The position numbers and the translations under genes are program-made. From Balanoglossus misakiensis (lineage: Eukaryota > Animalia > Hemichordata), in assembly GCA_040954595.2 (NCBI GenBank), contig CM082585.2, positions 3,316,902 through 3,380,901 of the forward strand: a stretch of DNA of 64,000 nt, written 5' to 3'. Below, piece by piece: positions 12,327-21,679 of this stretch (its first letter is position 1; every line of letters starts with the position of its first letter). The notes below the pieces were generated by a model. It was not told where the DNA came from. It made no database searches and saw only the letters and a list, made by a program, of their open reading frames with translations.

Positions 12327-15300
12327 TGTATGTCCGTCCACATCAAAAACTTGAAAGCCGCTGCACGTATGACCTCGATATTTGGTGTGTAGATGCAGGC
12401 AGGGCTGTAGATGGGAGTTTGTTCAAATGAAGTTGTCATTGCCAAAATTATGCAAATTAGCAGGGAAAATGTGAAATTGGTCAAAACTCAAAAACTCGAC
12501 AACCACTGGTCATATTGATTTGAAAATTGGTATGCATGTACCTTATGTCAACCTCATACAGTCCTGTATGTTTTGAGCTAATATTATCGATTTCCTTTTT
12601 TTTATACATTTTTTTGTATTTTTCCATGTTATTGGTAAAAAGTCTTCATTTCTGAAAGTGATGGGCTTACTTCTTTGAAATTTAGTATGAAGCTTCCTAA
12701 TAGTTGTCTGAGTAACCATAGTTTTGTTCAAATTGTTGCACAATTTGCATATTTATAATTTTGAGCAATATTTGCCATTTTTGGTCAAAAAGTTTTTTCT
12801 TTAAAACTGCATGCCAGATTGCTTTGCAATTTGGTAGGCATGTTCGTAGGGGTAACCTAAGTAATATGTTGTGAAAAAAATGTGATATTTGCATAAATGT
12901 GTTATTGGGGAAACTTTTGCAATTTTTGTCAAAAATTGTTTTCTGAAATGGCTTGACATGTTTTCATAACTTTAATAGGCCAGCTGTTACAGAGACCACC
13001 AGCTATTAAATTTTTAATTACCAGTGGCAGGTCAGTGTGTGTCTGTCTGTCTGTCTGTGTGTCTGTTCCAGGGCTGACTGAAAGAAGTTGCTTCTCATAT
13101 GTGTTTGTACAGACAATTTTTGGTCAAGTTTTTTTTTCTAGCACCACTTGTCAGACTGCCATGACACATGACAGTTTATTGGGCATGTTCCTTGTTAATT
13201 GTTTTACATTCCATATTTCTATATGGTAAGATCATATCTGCTTGCAATGTCACCTGTAATTTTTATTCTGGTGTGTCACTGTTTCCGCATAATCCTCAAA
13301 TGGGACCACAGTGTCCTTGACGCTATTTTTTGAGAAATGTATTTAATAACGCATGCTGGCTCCACCAGAATTTGCAATGTGCGTCTGCAAAAGCAAGATG
13401 GGAATAGTGTCTACAGGATTAAACATACATTTAAGGAAGCAATTATCCCATTCTGCGATCTGCTTACTGTGATTATCATACAACTTTATATTCTATTTCA
13501 CCAATTTAGAACAGCTGTTGTGCCCAATTCACATTTCTCTGAAAACACGATTGGAACTATTTTGGAATAATATGATTAAATTGAAAACAAAATGAGAAGT
13601 ATTTGTCACCCATGGGGAGAATATTGTAATTTGACCATTATTTAAACAAAAAATATGACAAAAACAGCGGCTACATAGTACGTGTACTACATTGTATACT
13701 GAGTATAGAGAATGTCAATTCATCCACATGCAATTATCTCAAAATAGTTCCAATCATGTTTGAATATCTCCCTTATACAGAAGATCAACAACATGAGCAT
13801 GGACAATCCAAAGCCAAGAGAAAAGACTTTAAACGAACAGAAGAGGCTATACCTGAACTACCAAAGAGTGGAGCTGTGTCAAAGATGGGGGAATCAGATG
13901 ACAAGCCAAAATCTATTGGTGACACAAAGTACATTGGTAGGAAGAGAAAATTGGAAGGTGATATAAAAGGTGAGTTATAGACACATCATCTTTCATTAGA
14001 GATGTGTGATGAATGATTCTTGGTGTGTCTAACTTATCTGTCAATTGTTCCATCAATGCCAGCAGCAAAATCAACAATTTGCACTATTTCAGCAATATAG
14101 CCCTCGAGCCTGCTATGTCACCCGATTTTTTTATAAATGTATTTAATAACACATGCTGGCTCCACCAGAATTTGCAATGTGCGTCTGCAAAAGCAAGATA
14201 AGGAAGCAATTATCCCATTCTGCGATCTGCGAACTTTATATGCTATTTCACCAATGTAGAACAGCTGTTGTGCCGAATTCACATTTCTCTGAAAACACGA
14301 TTGGAACTATTTTGGAATAATATGATTAAATTGAAAACAAAATGAGAAGTATTTGTCATCCATGGGGAGAATATTGTAATTTGACCATTATTTAAACAAA
14401 AAATATGACAAAAACAGCAGCTACGTAGTACGTGTACTACATTGTATACTGAGTATAGAGAATGTCAATTCATCCACATGCAATTATCTCAAAAAAGTTC
14501 CAATCATGTTTGAATATCTCCCTTATACAGAAGATCACAAACATGAGCATGGACAATCCGAAGCCAAGAGAGAAGACTACAAACCGACAGAAGAGGCTAT
14601 ACATGAACTACCAAAGAGTGGAGCTGTGTCAAAGATGGGGGAATCAGATGATAAGCCAAAATCTATTGATGACACAAAGTGCATTGGTAGGAATATAGAT
14701 TTATAAGTAGTTTTAACGTTCTGAATTGGAATATACCGGTACCACTCATAGCCTTAATTTGTAATCCACAAATTTGATATGATGAAAGCTTCAGTGGCAA
14801 AATTAAACTCCAAGTGTAAAATACATGTCATGGGTTAACATTCATTTGTAATTCTACAAACATGTAATTCTAGACTTGACTGGAAGGTATTTCAAAACTT
14901 CTATCAGAGGTCGCGTTAATTTGTAATTTGGATTTAAAATTTGAACCGCTTCTAAAATTTACATATTTTTGCAAATTTTAATCTTAAAGGAACAGAGCTG
15001 ATAGAGGCCCATGAAAGTTACACTCAAAGAAGTAAAGATCGATTTATTAGGTTAATTCTCAGAATAGCAGATGAAATAGGACAGGGTAAGTAGATTAATA
15101 TTATACTTAGACTTTTACATTAAATATCACTGAATGTGGTGTTTTTATACAACCCACACCAATATATTTAAATTTAAATAAACTTCTAATACATGTAATA
15201 TTTGTACGGGATATACTTTTGCAACCATGCAGCTATCAATTTTTTGGGGTAAATGCATGTAGCTGGCACATGAAAATACTGTCAGGTTTCTGATAACCGC

Positions 15301-18300
15301 ATGGTCCAGTATACTGGACAATCCCTCTAGATGTGTAAGTGTACTAAGGTAAACTGATAGCTAATTTAGTAAGCAAAAAACTGCGTTCTGTGTCGGTCCT
15401 CCAGTATATATAAAGTTTGGTGCGTGGTGCAATGCTGTTTTCAGTGTAATTGTTATACATCTACTGATGTAGCCTCTTTGGTTACATTATACACTGAGAT
15501 TTGATTTCTGTGCGCGTTGTGCAACAGCAATAAGGGAAAAGAATCCTAACTGACACATTTATTATAATTACAGATGAACTTAACTCCATGAAATTCCTGT
15601 GCAGCAACATGGAATCAACAGGAATACCAAAAGGAGAAATTGAAGGAATTCAACATGCTACAGATCTGCTTCAAAGGTTACTTGACAAAAATATCATCGG
15701 TGAAGACAGAACAGATTTGCTGACAGACTTACTTCTTAGAATTGGGAGATATGATCTGGTTGAACTGATCCATCCCAATCAGCCAGAAAATGTATCAGGT
15801 AACCAAAATATAATGTAACTGAGAATAGAGACATTTTACAAGGACACATTGCCATTGAGTGAAAAATTCAGCCAAGTACCAATGTTGTGCAACCTCCAAC
15901 CTCAGTTGCAATTGCCGCTTGCCAGGGTACGACTGCATTACTGTATTGATTCTCAAAATCCTGACTTGATTACACTATTTTTTGTAATCCCTCATGAATC
16001 GATCTTGCATGAAGTGTGAATACTGTCATGTCATTCATCACTTTAATGCTTCTTTTTTATTCACAATTATGGTTTCAGGAAGCATACAACAACCCTCATT
16101 TCTGCCACAGCAACACCAATCTTCAGACAGCTTGGCAATTCATCAACGTGGGATACCTCAGTCAGCGTCAGAGGCACGGCATCTGCAGGCCCCATCTTCA
16201 ATACCACAACAGTTACACCAGCCAGGGATATCTAGAGTAACTGATGGTCAACAACGCTCATTTCTGCCACAGCAACACCAATCTTCAGACAGATGGGCAA
16301 TGCAACATGGGATACATCAGACAATGTCACAACAACACCAGTCTTGTGGCAACAATACAAGGCAACAGAGGATCCAACAATCCTCCCCTGCACAACAAGG
16401 CCACTTTTCAGGGGGGCAGGCAGCAGATCACAGGTCACACCATCTAATAACACAGGCAATGCAGCATCAGGTTGCATCTTCTTTGGCACAACCGCTTTTT
16501 CAGCCAGGGACATCTGAAGTGAAGGTTATACAGAATATCAGTCAGCCAGCTCACATGCTCCAGCAACACCAGCATAGTGTGTCACAAACATATATGGCTC
16601 GCACACCTGAACATCAAGGCTATCCAGGATCAGCAATGCCAATACAGACCTTCCAACCACAACCATTGTCATTCCAACAACCTTACTCACAACTGCCACC
16701 AGTGAAGCAACCGCAACAAATGGACCAGTCTTCCAGCATTTATTCATCTGAACAAAGTGAAGCATCAGTGAGGCCATCTACATCACCAGAGTCACAGTCA
16801 GAACAAATACAACCTAAAAGAATAAAGTATGAGCAGATTGCTGTACCAGACAAAATACCAACAACTGCAACAAAAAGATATACACCAGGTAAATATTGAG
16901 AGATGATGCACAAAAGATATGTTAGTGCAATGATAACCAGTTGCCATATTGCTTGTGTAGTTTGTCCAATGTTTTGTAACCAGTACTATTAATTGTTTAT
17001 GTAGCATGAAATGTTTATGTAGTTTTGTATGCACATGAAATTTGCCAAACTGGGCTGGCCTTGGTCCAGAGCTTACACTGTTGTGGTATTAATCTCCAAA
17101 TTGTCCATGGTGGGCAGCATTTATAGTGGAACCAAGTTATTTTATGTGTGACTGTTTAATGATGATGATGATGATGATGATGATTCAGATACCAAGTGTA
17201 TAGGAAGCATGCACTGGTACATAGCGAAACAACTTATTATTCAAGAGTGTAGTTCAAACGAATCGAGCAAAATTTTGGGAGGAAGAATAACAAAAATGAC
17301 AATTTAATTTATTAGTTATTTTTGAAGTAAAAGACAACGCTGAACCTGTAAAAACAGTGAATGTCACACAATACACATACAATAACTTTTAGTACAAGTC
17401 TATAATTACATTCATGATTCCACCTATGGTTCCATCAAAAGTTGTTTGTCATGTAAATTTGTAAACTAAACATTTTCACAGAAGTGGTACACAAAAAGAA
17501 GTCATAGCTTCAAAACTTATATTTTGAACCTATAAATTTCAAGAGCATAATTCTTAATTTCTATGTATAAAAATTGTCACTCAATACAAGACTGATCACG
17601 TTTATATTGAATTAAAAGTGAAAAGAAAAAATGACTTCAAACGCTCTTACTACAACATATGATGGAATAAAAAGGTGAATCGTTGTAAATGTGTACATTT
17701 CTACACATTTCAATCTTAAAGGGGAACAGCTGCAGCTGATACAGGGTGGCAGCGATGCATGGATACCCCATTACACTCAAGGAAGGCAATATGATTTTCA
17801 TGGATTACTTCTCAGAATAGCAAATGAATTAAGACAGGGTAAGTGGAATAATAGTATTAGAGGACACTGGACTTTCACAATTATTGTGATGGTAGTATCA
17901 CATATGTATTTACTAATAGGTAAACTGTTGAAAATGTTTGATATGCCCAATTGCAACAAGCCATCATGCAGTTTGTTGGGGGGGGGGGGTAAATTACACA
18001 TCTTTGTGGCTGGTGCAGTAAATCACTCGGAATAATGAACTGTTCACTACACTGTGTAGGGATTTTTGTTATTGTGTTGGTATCATTGATACATCAATAT
18101 TGCTTTAACCTCTATAACTTCTATCAAACATTGAGTTTCTGCAGACATCGGGCAATACTATGTAAATGACAATGCGAAGTCCAATTATAGAGTATGACTG
18201 ATTTCAAGTGCATGTTCAGTCATGTAGTGAGAAATTTAGTGTAAAATGACATAAAATTACCATAAAAGGATACAAAAGATCAATTGTGCAAAATGATGGG

Positions 18301-21300
18301 GTTTAACACTAAATAGAGCCGGAAATGTTAAAAGAAAACTTGGTAGCTTTATTACAACTGCCAGTGGCTTACTATGATTTCTACAGCTTCTGTTTATTGT
18401 TAAAAAAAATTGTGTATAACTATCATTACAGATGACATTGAATCCATGAAATTCCTATGCAGAGACATGAAGTCAGTAGGGATACCAAAAGGAGAAATTG
18501 AAGGAATTAAACATGCTAGAGACTTGTTTGAAAAGTTACTTGTCAAAAATCTCATTAGAGAAGACAAAACAGATTTGCTGACAGTCTTGCTTCGTAGAAT
18601 TGGGAGAAATGATCTGGTTGAACTGATCCATCCCAATCAGCCAGGAAATGTATCAGGTAACCAAAATGCAATTTTTCTGAGATTATAGACATTTTACATT
18701 GCCATTGTTTGAAAGATTCAGCCATGTACTGGTATTGTGCAACCTCCGACCTCAGTTGCAATCGCAGCATGCCAGAGTACTGTTCATTGTAGTATATTCA
18801 CTGCATTACTGTATTGATACTCAAAATCCTGACTTGATTACATTATTTTTTGTAATCCCTCATGAATCGATCTTGCATGAAGTGTACTGAATACTGTGCT
18901 GTCATGATTTATCATTTTCATACTTTATATTGTGGTTTCAGAAAGCATACATTCGTTGATTGAATATTTACAACAAAAGTATACAAGACACTTCAACGAT
19001 TTCAGACCAATTCCATGGAACGAAAGTGTATCTCTAAGTCTCACTGAAGTCTACACGAAACTGAGAGTTATCAAAACTGACAGAAGACAACTTTTTGAAG
19101 AAGGGAGCGTTCTCACAAGTGAGCATGACATTTTTAAAGACACAGATCCGCAGCTTATTTGCAGTCGAATCAGGATTGAAGGGGCTCCGGCAATGGGAAA
19201 GTCAACATTCTGTAGGAAGCTAGCATATGATTGGGCCCAAGGCAAACTACCCCAATTCAAACTCTTGTTTCTCTTGGAAATGAGACATGTTTCTGACAAA
19301 AAGAGATTAGATGACATCATCTTCCATCAGTTACTTCCTAGGGATGCCAAAATCAAGAAAGGGGATCTTTATGGTTACATTGAACAAAATCAAAATTTAG
19401 TACTGTGTTTATTTGATGGGTTAGATGAAATTACATCATTATCTAGAGAGAAATCAGATATACTTCCCATTATCTCAGAGAAAATGTTGTCATGGTGTAC
19501 AGTTGTCACAACAACACGACCTCATGAATGTGATGAAGCTCTAAAATGTCATGCACACTTCAGAATTGATGGATTTTCAACAACAGATGCAATTGAGTAT
19601 ATACGCAAGTATTTTAGTCAGAGAGTAAACCAAGCGAAGAGTCTTGTTTCAGAGTTAAACCTTGATGTTGTTAAAGAGTCTGACGGTAAGCCATGGTATC
19701 ATGATGATGATGATGATGATGATGATGTACACACTGCAGACTACATCAAGCGAGATCTGCTATGTAATCCCTTACATCTAGCATTTGTTTGTCTGCTTTG
19801 GGAAGAGACGAAAAAGATCCCCAAGAATAATTTGACGGACATTTATTCTGAAATTTTGGACTGTATTTTGAGGAGATTCTGTTGCATGAAAAACAGGGAA
19901 CTGACTGATAGCATACCGAATGATTTAAATGATGAAGTGGCTGCATTAGCTAGTGTTGCATATGATATGTGTTCACAAGGGTCTATGATGATAGATGAAA
20001 AGTCTGTCAGCAAAACAATTCTGTCACTTGGCTTACTAGTGAGAGATACTGGAATTTCTAGAATCAAGTTGCAGACTGGTTGCTTTTTCTACCATAAAAC
20101 CTGGCTTGAATATTTCACTGCATTGCATATCAGCAACATTGTTGGTAGTGTTGGATCAGAGTCTGCCATTGAAAGTATTTTAACAGAACATTGGGTTTGC
20201 CTATTTGTTGCAGGCATCTTAAAACATAAAGCAGACCCATTTCTGAAAATTCTGATTGAGAAGACAATGCAAAATAGGTATGGTCAGGGTGATTTTGACA
20301 TCACTGATCAATTTGCATTCATTTGCAAGTGTTTGTCTGAAGCCAATATCAGAATTGGATACTTAGCACCATTCATGTCAGATCATTTGGTATTAGGTGA
20401 TGGTGATGGTGGGCATGGTACTTATGACCAATATGAATTTTATGATATGTTAAATCATGATGCAAGCAACTCCAGTGAGCTTAGCCAGTATGGTCAATGT
20501 GCACTTCGACAGGAAACGATGGGGCAGGTAGCTAGTTTGTTGAATAGTATGGCCCAGAAGAATGACAGTGTTCAAGGCATCAAACATTTATATACACTAA
20601 ATTGGGACAGGTCACTTTTCATCGGGCAGATAATTAAGGAAATAACTGAACTTTGCATTAGTTTGACATCAATGATGCTGTATTATTGCACTATAGATTC
20701 TATTCAGCAAGTAGCAAATGCATTGAACAGAGGATGGCATTTGAATACCTTGAGTGGAATGTTGTCATTAGATGAAGATGAACTGGTGAACACAGAAACA
20801 TGTGCCCAGGCTGTCACCCATTTATTCCAAAGTGTTAGTTCCAACAAACATTTGCAGAATTTTCAGTGGGGTGTACAGAGTCAGTGCAATGAAGTCCCAT
20901 TACCACTTGACAAACTTATAGAAAGGAGTCCAGATTGTGTGTCTCTAGTATTTGACATTGATGTGATTCATGCACACATTGATTCAATTGCTCAGTTTAT
21001 CCAACATTGTAAACAAACAAGGAAGTTCATGCTGCATCTCCTTCAGGGAGTCTCGTTTTTGAAAGTCTGGCACAGATCTGTGCCAGACTTTCAAAAACGG
21101 TTGCTATCTGCTGTGAACTCTTCCAGCCCCGTGTTAAATTCTATTTGTATCAAGGGGTGTGGGCTCATAGATACGTCTGATGACACTGAGAATGTTGTGG
21201 AGGCATTGAATACATGTCAAGGTGTGACGGAATTTGAAACCGATGTCATTGCTAAAAACTTACCAAATTCATTGAATCTCACCAGGCAGGTTAGATATGT

Positions 21301-21679
21301 AGAATACTTGTCTATGGAGCTGTGTGACTGCAACGTTTCTGATTTGACCATTCTGATACCAAACCAACAGTGGTCTAGAAGTGTGAAACATTTCACACTG
21401 AAGGTCTTCTGTACTGAGCGATCATTGTGTGGTGATATCCTGGCATTTATCAGCAGGCTCCTTGAGAAGGCTAAGACCATCAGCCTTCATTCCTTTACAA
21501 TAGTAATTTTATCAGAGATTGGTTCTGGAATAAATGTCAGGATTATGTCTGAGATGTCAACGCTGTTGAAATCAAGGTATTTGGTCATCTCGGAACAGGT
21601 TCAATTCACAGGCCTTCCACCCAAACCAGTCTGTGTATCGAGAATTGCAATTAACTTTTTGGAACATAACAAAAGTTAA
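1..21679 (+). CDS. Multi-exon NLR-like NACHT NTPase gene, 5'-incomplete (TRADD-N-like - coiled coil - 4x charged repeat - DED - Q-rich - DED - NACHT - degenerate LRR-like)
   Basis: Manual splice model with GT-AG introns and matching phases: <1-451, 661-749, 1206-1263, 1601-1843, 3671-4369, 5253-5441, 11866-12054, 13781-13969, 14531-14686, 14990-15085, 15574-15798, 16079-16888, 17722-17838, 18432-18656, 18942-21679. Total 6474 nt (2158 codons incl. stop), open throughout. Joining of the 5' exons to the NACHT part is inferred from phase compatibility only. Confidence 0.72.
661..749 (+). CDS. NLR gene linker exon
   Basis: Acceptor aaacag|, donor TGT|gtgagt. Phase 1 in, phase 0 out; encodes [29 protein letters not shown]. 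Confidence 0.55.
1206..1263 (+). CDS. NLR gene linker exon
   Basis: Acceptor ttttcttctcgttaag|, donor G|gtaggc. Phase 0 in, phase 1 out; [19 protein letters not shown] bridges the neighbouring phases exactly. Confidence 0.55.
1601..1843 (+). CDS. NLR gene exon, unassigned ~80-aa globular-looking domain
   Basis: Acceptor ttctatccag|, donor G|gtaatt, phase 1-1; lies inside ORF 1564..1851. Confidence 0.6.
1908..3297 (+). mobile_element. Helentron-associated (HINE/DINE-1/Pearl-like) element, copy 1
   Basis: 5' GGT(G/C)CCATTG..CATGGGACC inverted pair, (TATG)n microsatellite, ~145-bp diverged central tandem repeats, 3' ATGGGACC plus AGTGTC-CTT-GACACT hairpin and T run. Confidence 0.75.
3671..4369 (+). 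CDS. NLR gene exon, coiled-coil region
   Basis: ORF 3673..4440 rich in E/K/Q/L with heptad character and an internal repeat ([15 protein letters not shown] / [15 protein letters not shown]). Acceptor tcctcaacag|, donor G|gtagga, phase 1-1. Confidence 0.75.
5253..5441 (+). CDS. NLR gene tandem charged exon, copy 1 (189 nt)
   Basis: Acceptor ccttatacag|, donor G|gtaagt, phase 1-1; [35 protein letters not shown]... Confidence 0.7.
5602..6739 (+). mobile_element. HINE-like element, copy 2
   Basis: Same termini and microsatellite. Absent from duplication unit 3, where the empty site is a T run at 14126-14132. Confidence 0.8.
7048..7208 (+). repeat. 5' LTR
   Basis: TGTAGT...ACTATA; AATAAA at 7147-7152. 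Confidence 0.95.
7211..7221 (+). promoter_or_regulatory. Primer-binding site, complementary to the tRNA-Ser(GCU) 3' end
   Basis: TGGCGACGAGG lies 2 nt after the 5' LTR and is the reverse complement of CCTCGTCG-CCA, the 3' end of metazoan tRNA-Ser(GCU) as recalled. Confidence 0.8.
7287..11330 (+). CDS. Gag-Pol polyprotein (2x CCHC Gag, aspartic protease, RT, RNase H, integrase)
   Basis: 1347-aa ORF. Zinc knuckles [16 protein letters not shown] and [14 protein letters not shown], protease [15 protein letters not shown]...IADD, RNase H ADAS, integrase H-H-C-C and D,D,E in Gypsy order. Confidence 0.96.
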   Translation: MSQGNNANGSHMKPIDIGGLSSFSVNDDPNTISQRWKKWRRAFELYLLGKGVTDEAQKRALLLHTAGLEVQDIYFTLIGEDAAATQNYKETLQVLNDHFIPKANVPVERHMFRQIMQASDETVDQFVCRLRQRASTCEFAEKEDEHIRDQLIDKCFSPHMRRKLLEKQNASLSDLLMVAHAQEAVDAQMQSMGGSTPQQPQVNAVIGRKQGQKRNTPSAGRKRFGGNTCHSCGRQGHFARDPSCPARGQKCRHCEETGHFVRKCPKKIPESTRQAEKPKRYQGHGRNRYEKSDNANYIESGQCEQKPAYVFTVDESRNHDNGVTSLNIGGVDVPDVLIDSGATCNLMGQPTWEYLKTQRVRCTSHKTARVLFAYGCTEPLPTLGTFTANIASPDDLRCTADFVVIKGGGRTLLCRETAERLQLLRVGPTEINSVNRKSDEDIRAEYKDILQGVGLLKGYELKLNIDESVKPIAQPVRRIPYGLRAKVDAKLDELLSMGIIEEILEGPTGWVSPLVVVPKADNDVRICVDMRRANEAIVRERQPIPTVDELLQDMHGSTVFSHLDLKWGFHQIQLSEDSRHITTFATHRGLYRYTRLMFGVNSVPEKYQQIIRDVFRDCDGVESIADDVIVHGKDDHDHDEKLFAALNRVREVGLTLNAEKCKFRMAKLTFFGQVLTQRGVSPSEEKVDAIRGAEPPKNASETRSFMGLVQFLSKFIPDLSSIAEPIQRLTRKNVTFEWKTEQQNAFEKLKELITRAETLAYFRMDCNTRIVADASPYGLGAILLQLQDGEWRVISYASRSLTDVECRYSPTEKEALALVWSCERFNMYIFEREFELETDHKPLECIFSKSSKPSARIERWVLRLQAYNFRVVYRPGKTNIADALSRLNTRNYRDEGERYDSARTVVESSVPIALTAREIERESAADPELNCVKNCVKTGDWRNCNLQAYTHVKDELCTVGEILLRDSRIVIPRSMRDRVLELAHEGHQGITKMKTRLRTKVWWPKIDRDAERVCKTCHGCQVVGQYSVPEPMSRVIPPSGPWQDCGADLLGPLPSGEHILVIVDYYSRYYEVMILRSITSAKIIDALTPIFVRFGVPYSLRTDNVSQLISDEFESYLRENSIEHRTTTPLWPQANGEVERQNRTLMKAIRIAQVESKDWQRELQKFLTAYRSTPQSTTGATPFYMMFNREMKSKLPELRREPTVIDEEIRDRDWSRKIAGKAYADTKRHATTNPVSVGDKVLLKNNKSNKMSPNFIPSPYRVVSKQGGEVTVRGEDRAEYRRNVTFVKKYEERSTENKPDLDVSPVKSATEKSPDLIATEVSTPVRSRPSRAARMPKRFDDFVIEKG
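11560..11720 (+). repeat. 3' LTR
   Basis: Identical to the 5' LTR except one C/T; directly preceded by the PPT. Confidence 0.95.
11866..12054 (+). CDS. NLR gene tandem charged exon, copy 2 (189 nt)
   Basis: Near-identical to copy 1 with the same splice sites; phase 1-1. Confidence 0.7.
12215..13331 (+). mobile_element. HINE-like element, copy 3 (segmental duplicate of copy 2)
   Basis: Near-identical to 5602-6739 with the same flanks. Confidence 0.8.
13781..13969 (+). CDS. NLR gene tandem charged exon, copy 3 (189 nt)
   Basis: Same acceptor, donor G|gtgagt; phase 1-1. Confidence 0.7.
14531..14686 (+). CDS. NLR gene tandem charged exon, copy 4 (156 nt, short form)
   Basis: Same acceptor; homology ends just after ATT G|gtagga, which serves as a phase-1 donor. 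Confidence 0.65.
14990..15798 (+). CDS. Death effector domain 1, split over exons 14990-15085 and 15574-15798
   Basis: Spliced product [14 protein letters not shown]|[10 protein letters not shown]...[45 protein letters not shown] has the DED hallmarks (KFL hydrophobic patch, RxDL motif). All junctions are phase 1. Confidence 0.85.
16079..16888 (+). CDS. NLR gene exon, Q/H/S/P-rich low-complexity linker
   Basis: ORF 15994..16899; acceptor ggtttcag|, donor CCA G|gtaaat; 810 nt, phase 1-1. Confidence 0.75.
17722..18656 (+). CDS. Death effector domain 2, split over exons 17722-17838 and 18432-18656
   Basis: [14 protein letters not shown]|[10 protein letters not shown]...[32 protein letters not shown]. 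Paralog of DED1 with the same exon layout (second exon 225 nt in both). Confidence 0.85.
18942..21679 (+). CDS. Terminal exon: NACHT NTPase (NBD, HD1, WHD, HD2) plus degenerate LRR-like C-terminus
   Basis: 915-aa ORF. Walker [10 protein letters not shown], Walker [10 protein letters not shown], sensor-1 [19 protein letters not shown] (PhhCW-like), winged-helix [12 protein letters not shown], followed by periodic LxxLxL-like strands. Confidence 0.93.

Larger units (their letters stand above)
4923..14692 (+). repeat. Tandem segmental duplication (4 units) carrying the charged exon
   Basis: aggaagcaattatccca(c/t)tctgcgatctgc recurs at about 4923, 6841, 13433 and 14200. Block ~5112-7047 is almost identical to ~11726-13639. 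Confidence 0.9.

Noticed and set aside
5253-14686. Positive selection among the four repeat exons
   Set aside because: Roughly a dozen replacement versus about three silent differences is near neutral expectation; needs a formal test with more sequences.
16079-16888. RHIM amyloid motif in the Q-rich linker
   Set aside because: No (I/V)Q(I/V/L)G core found by eye.
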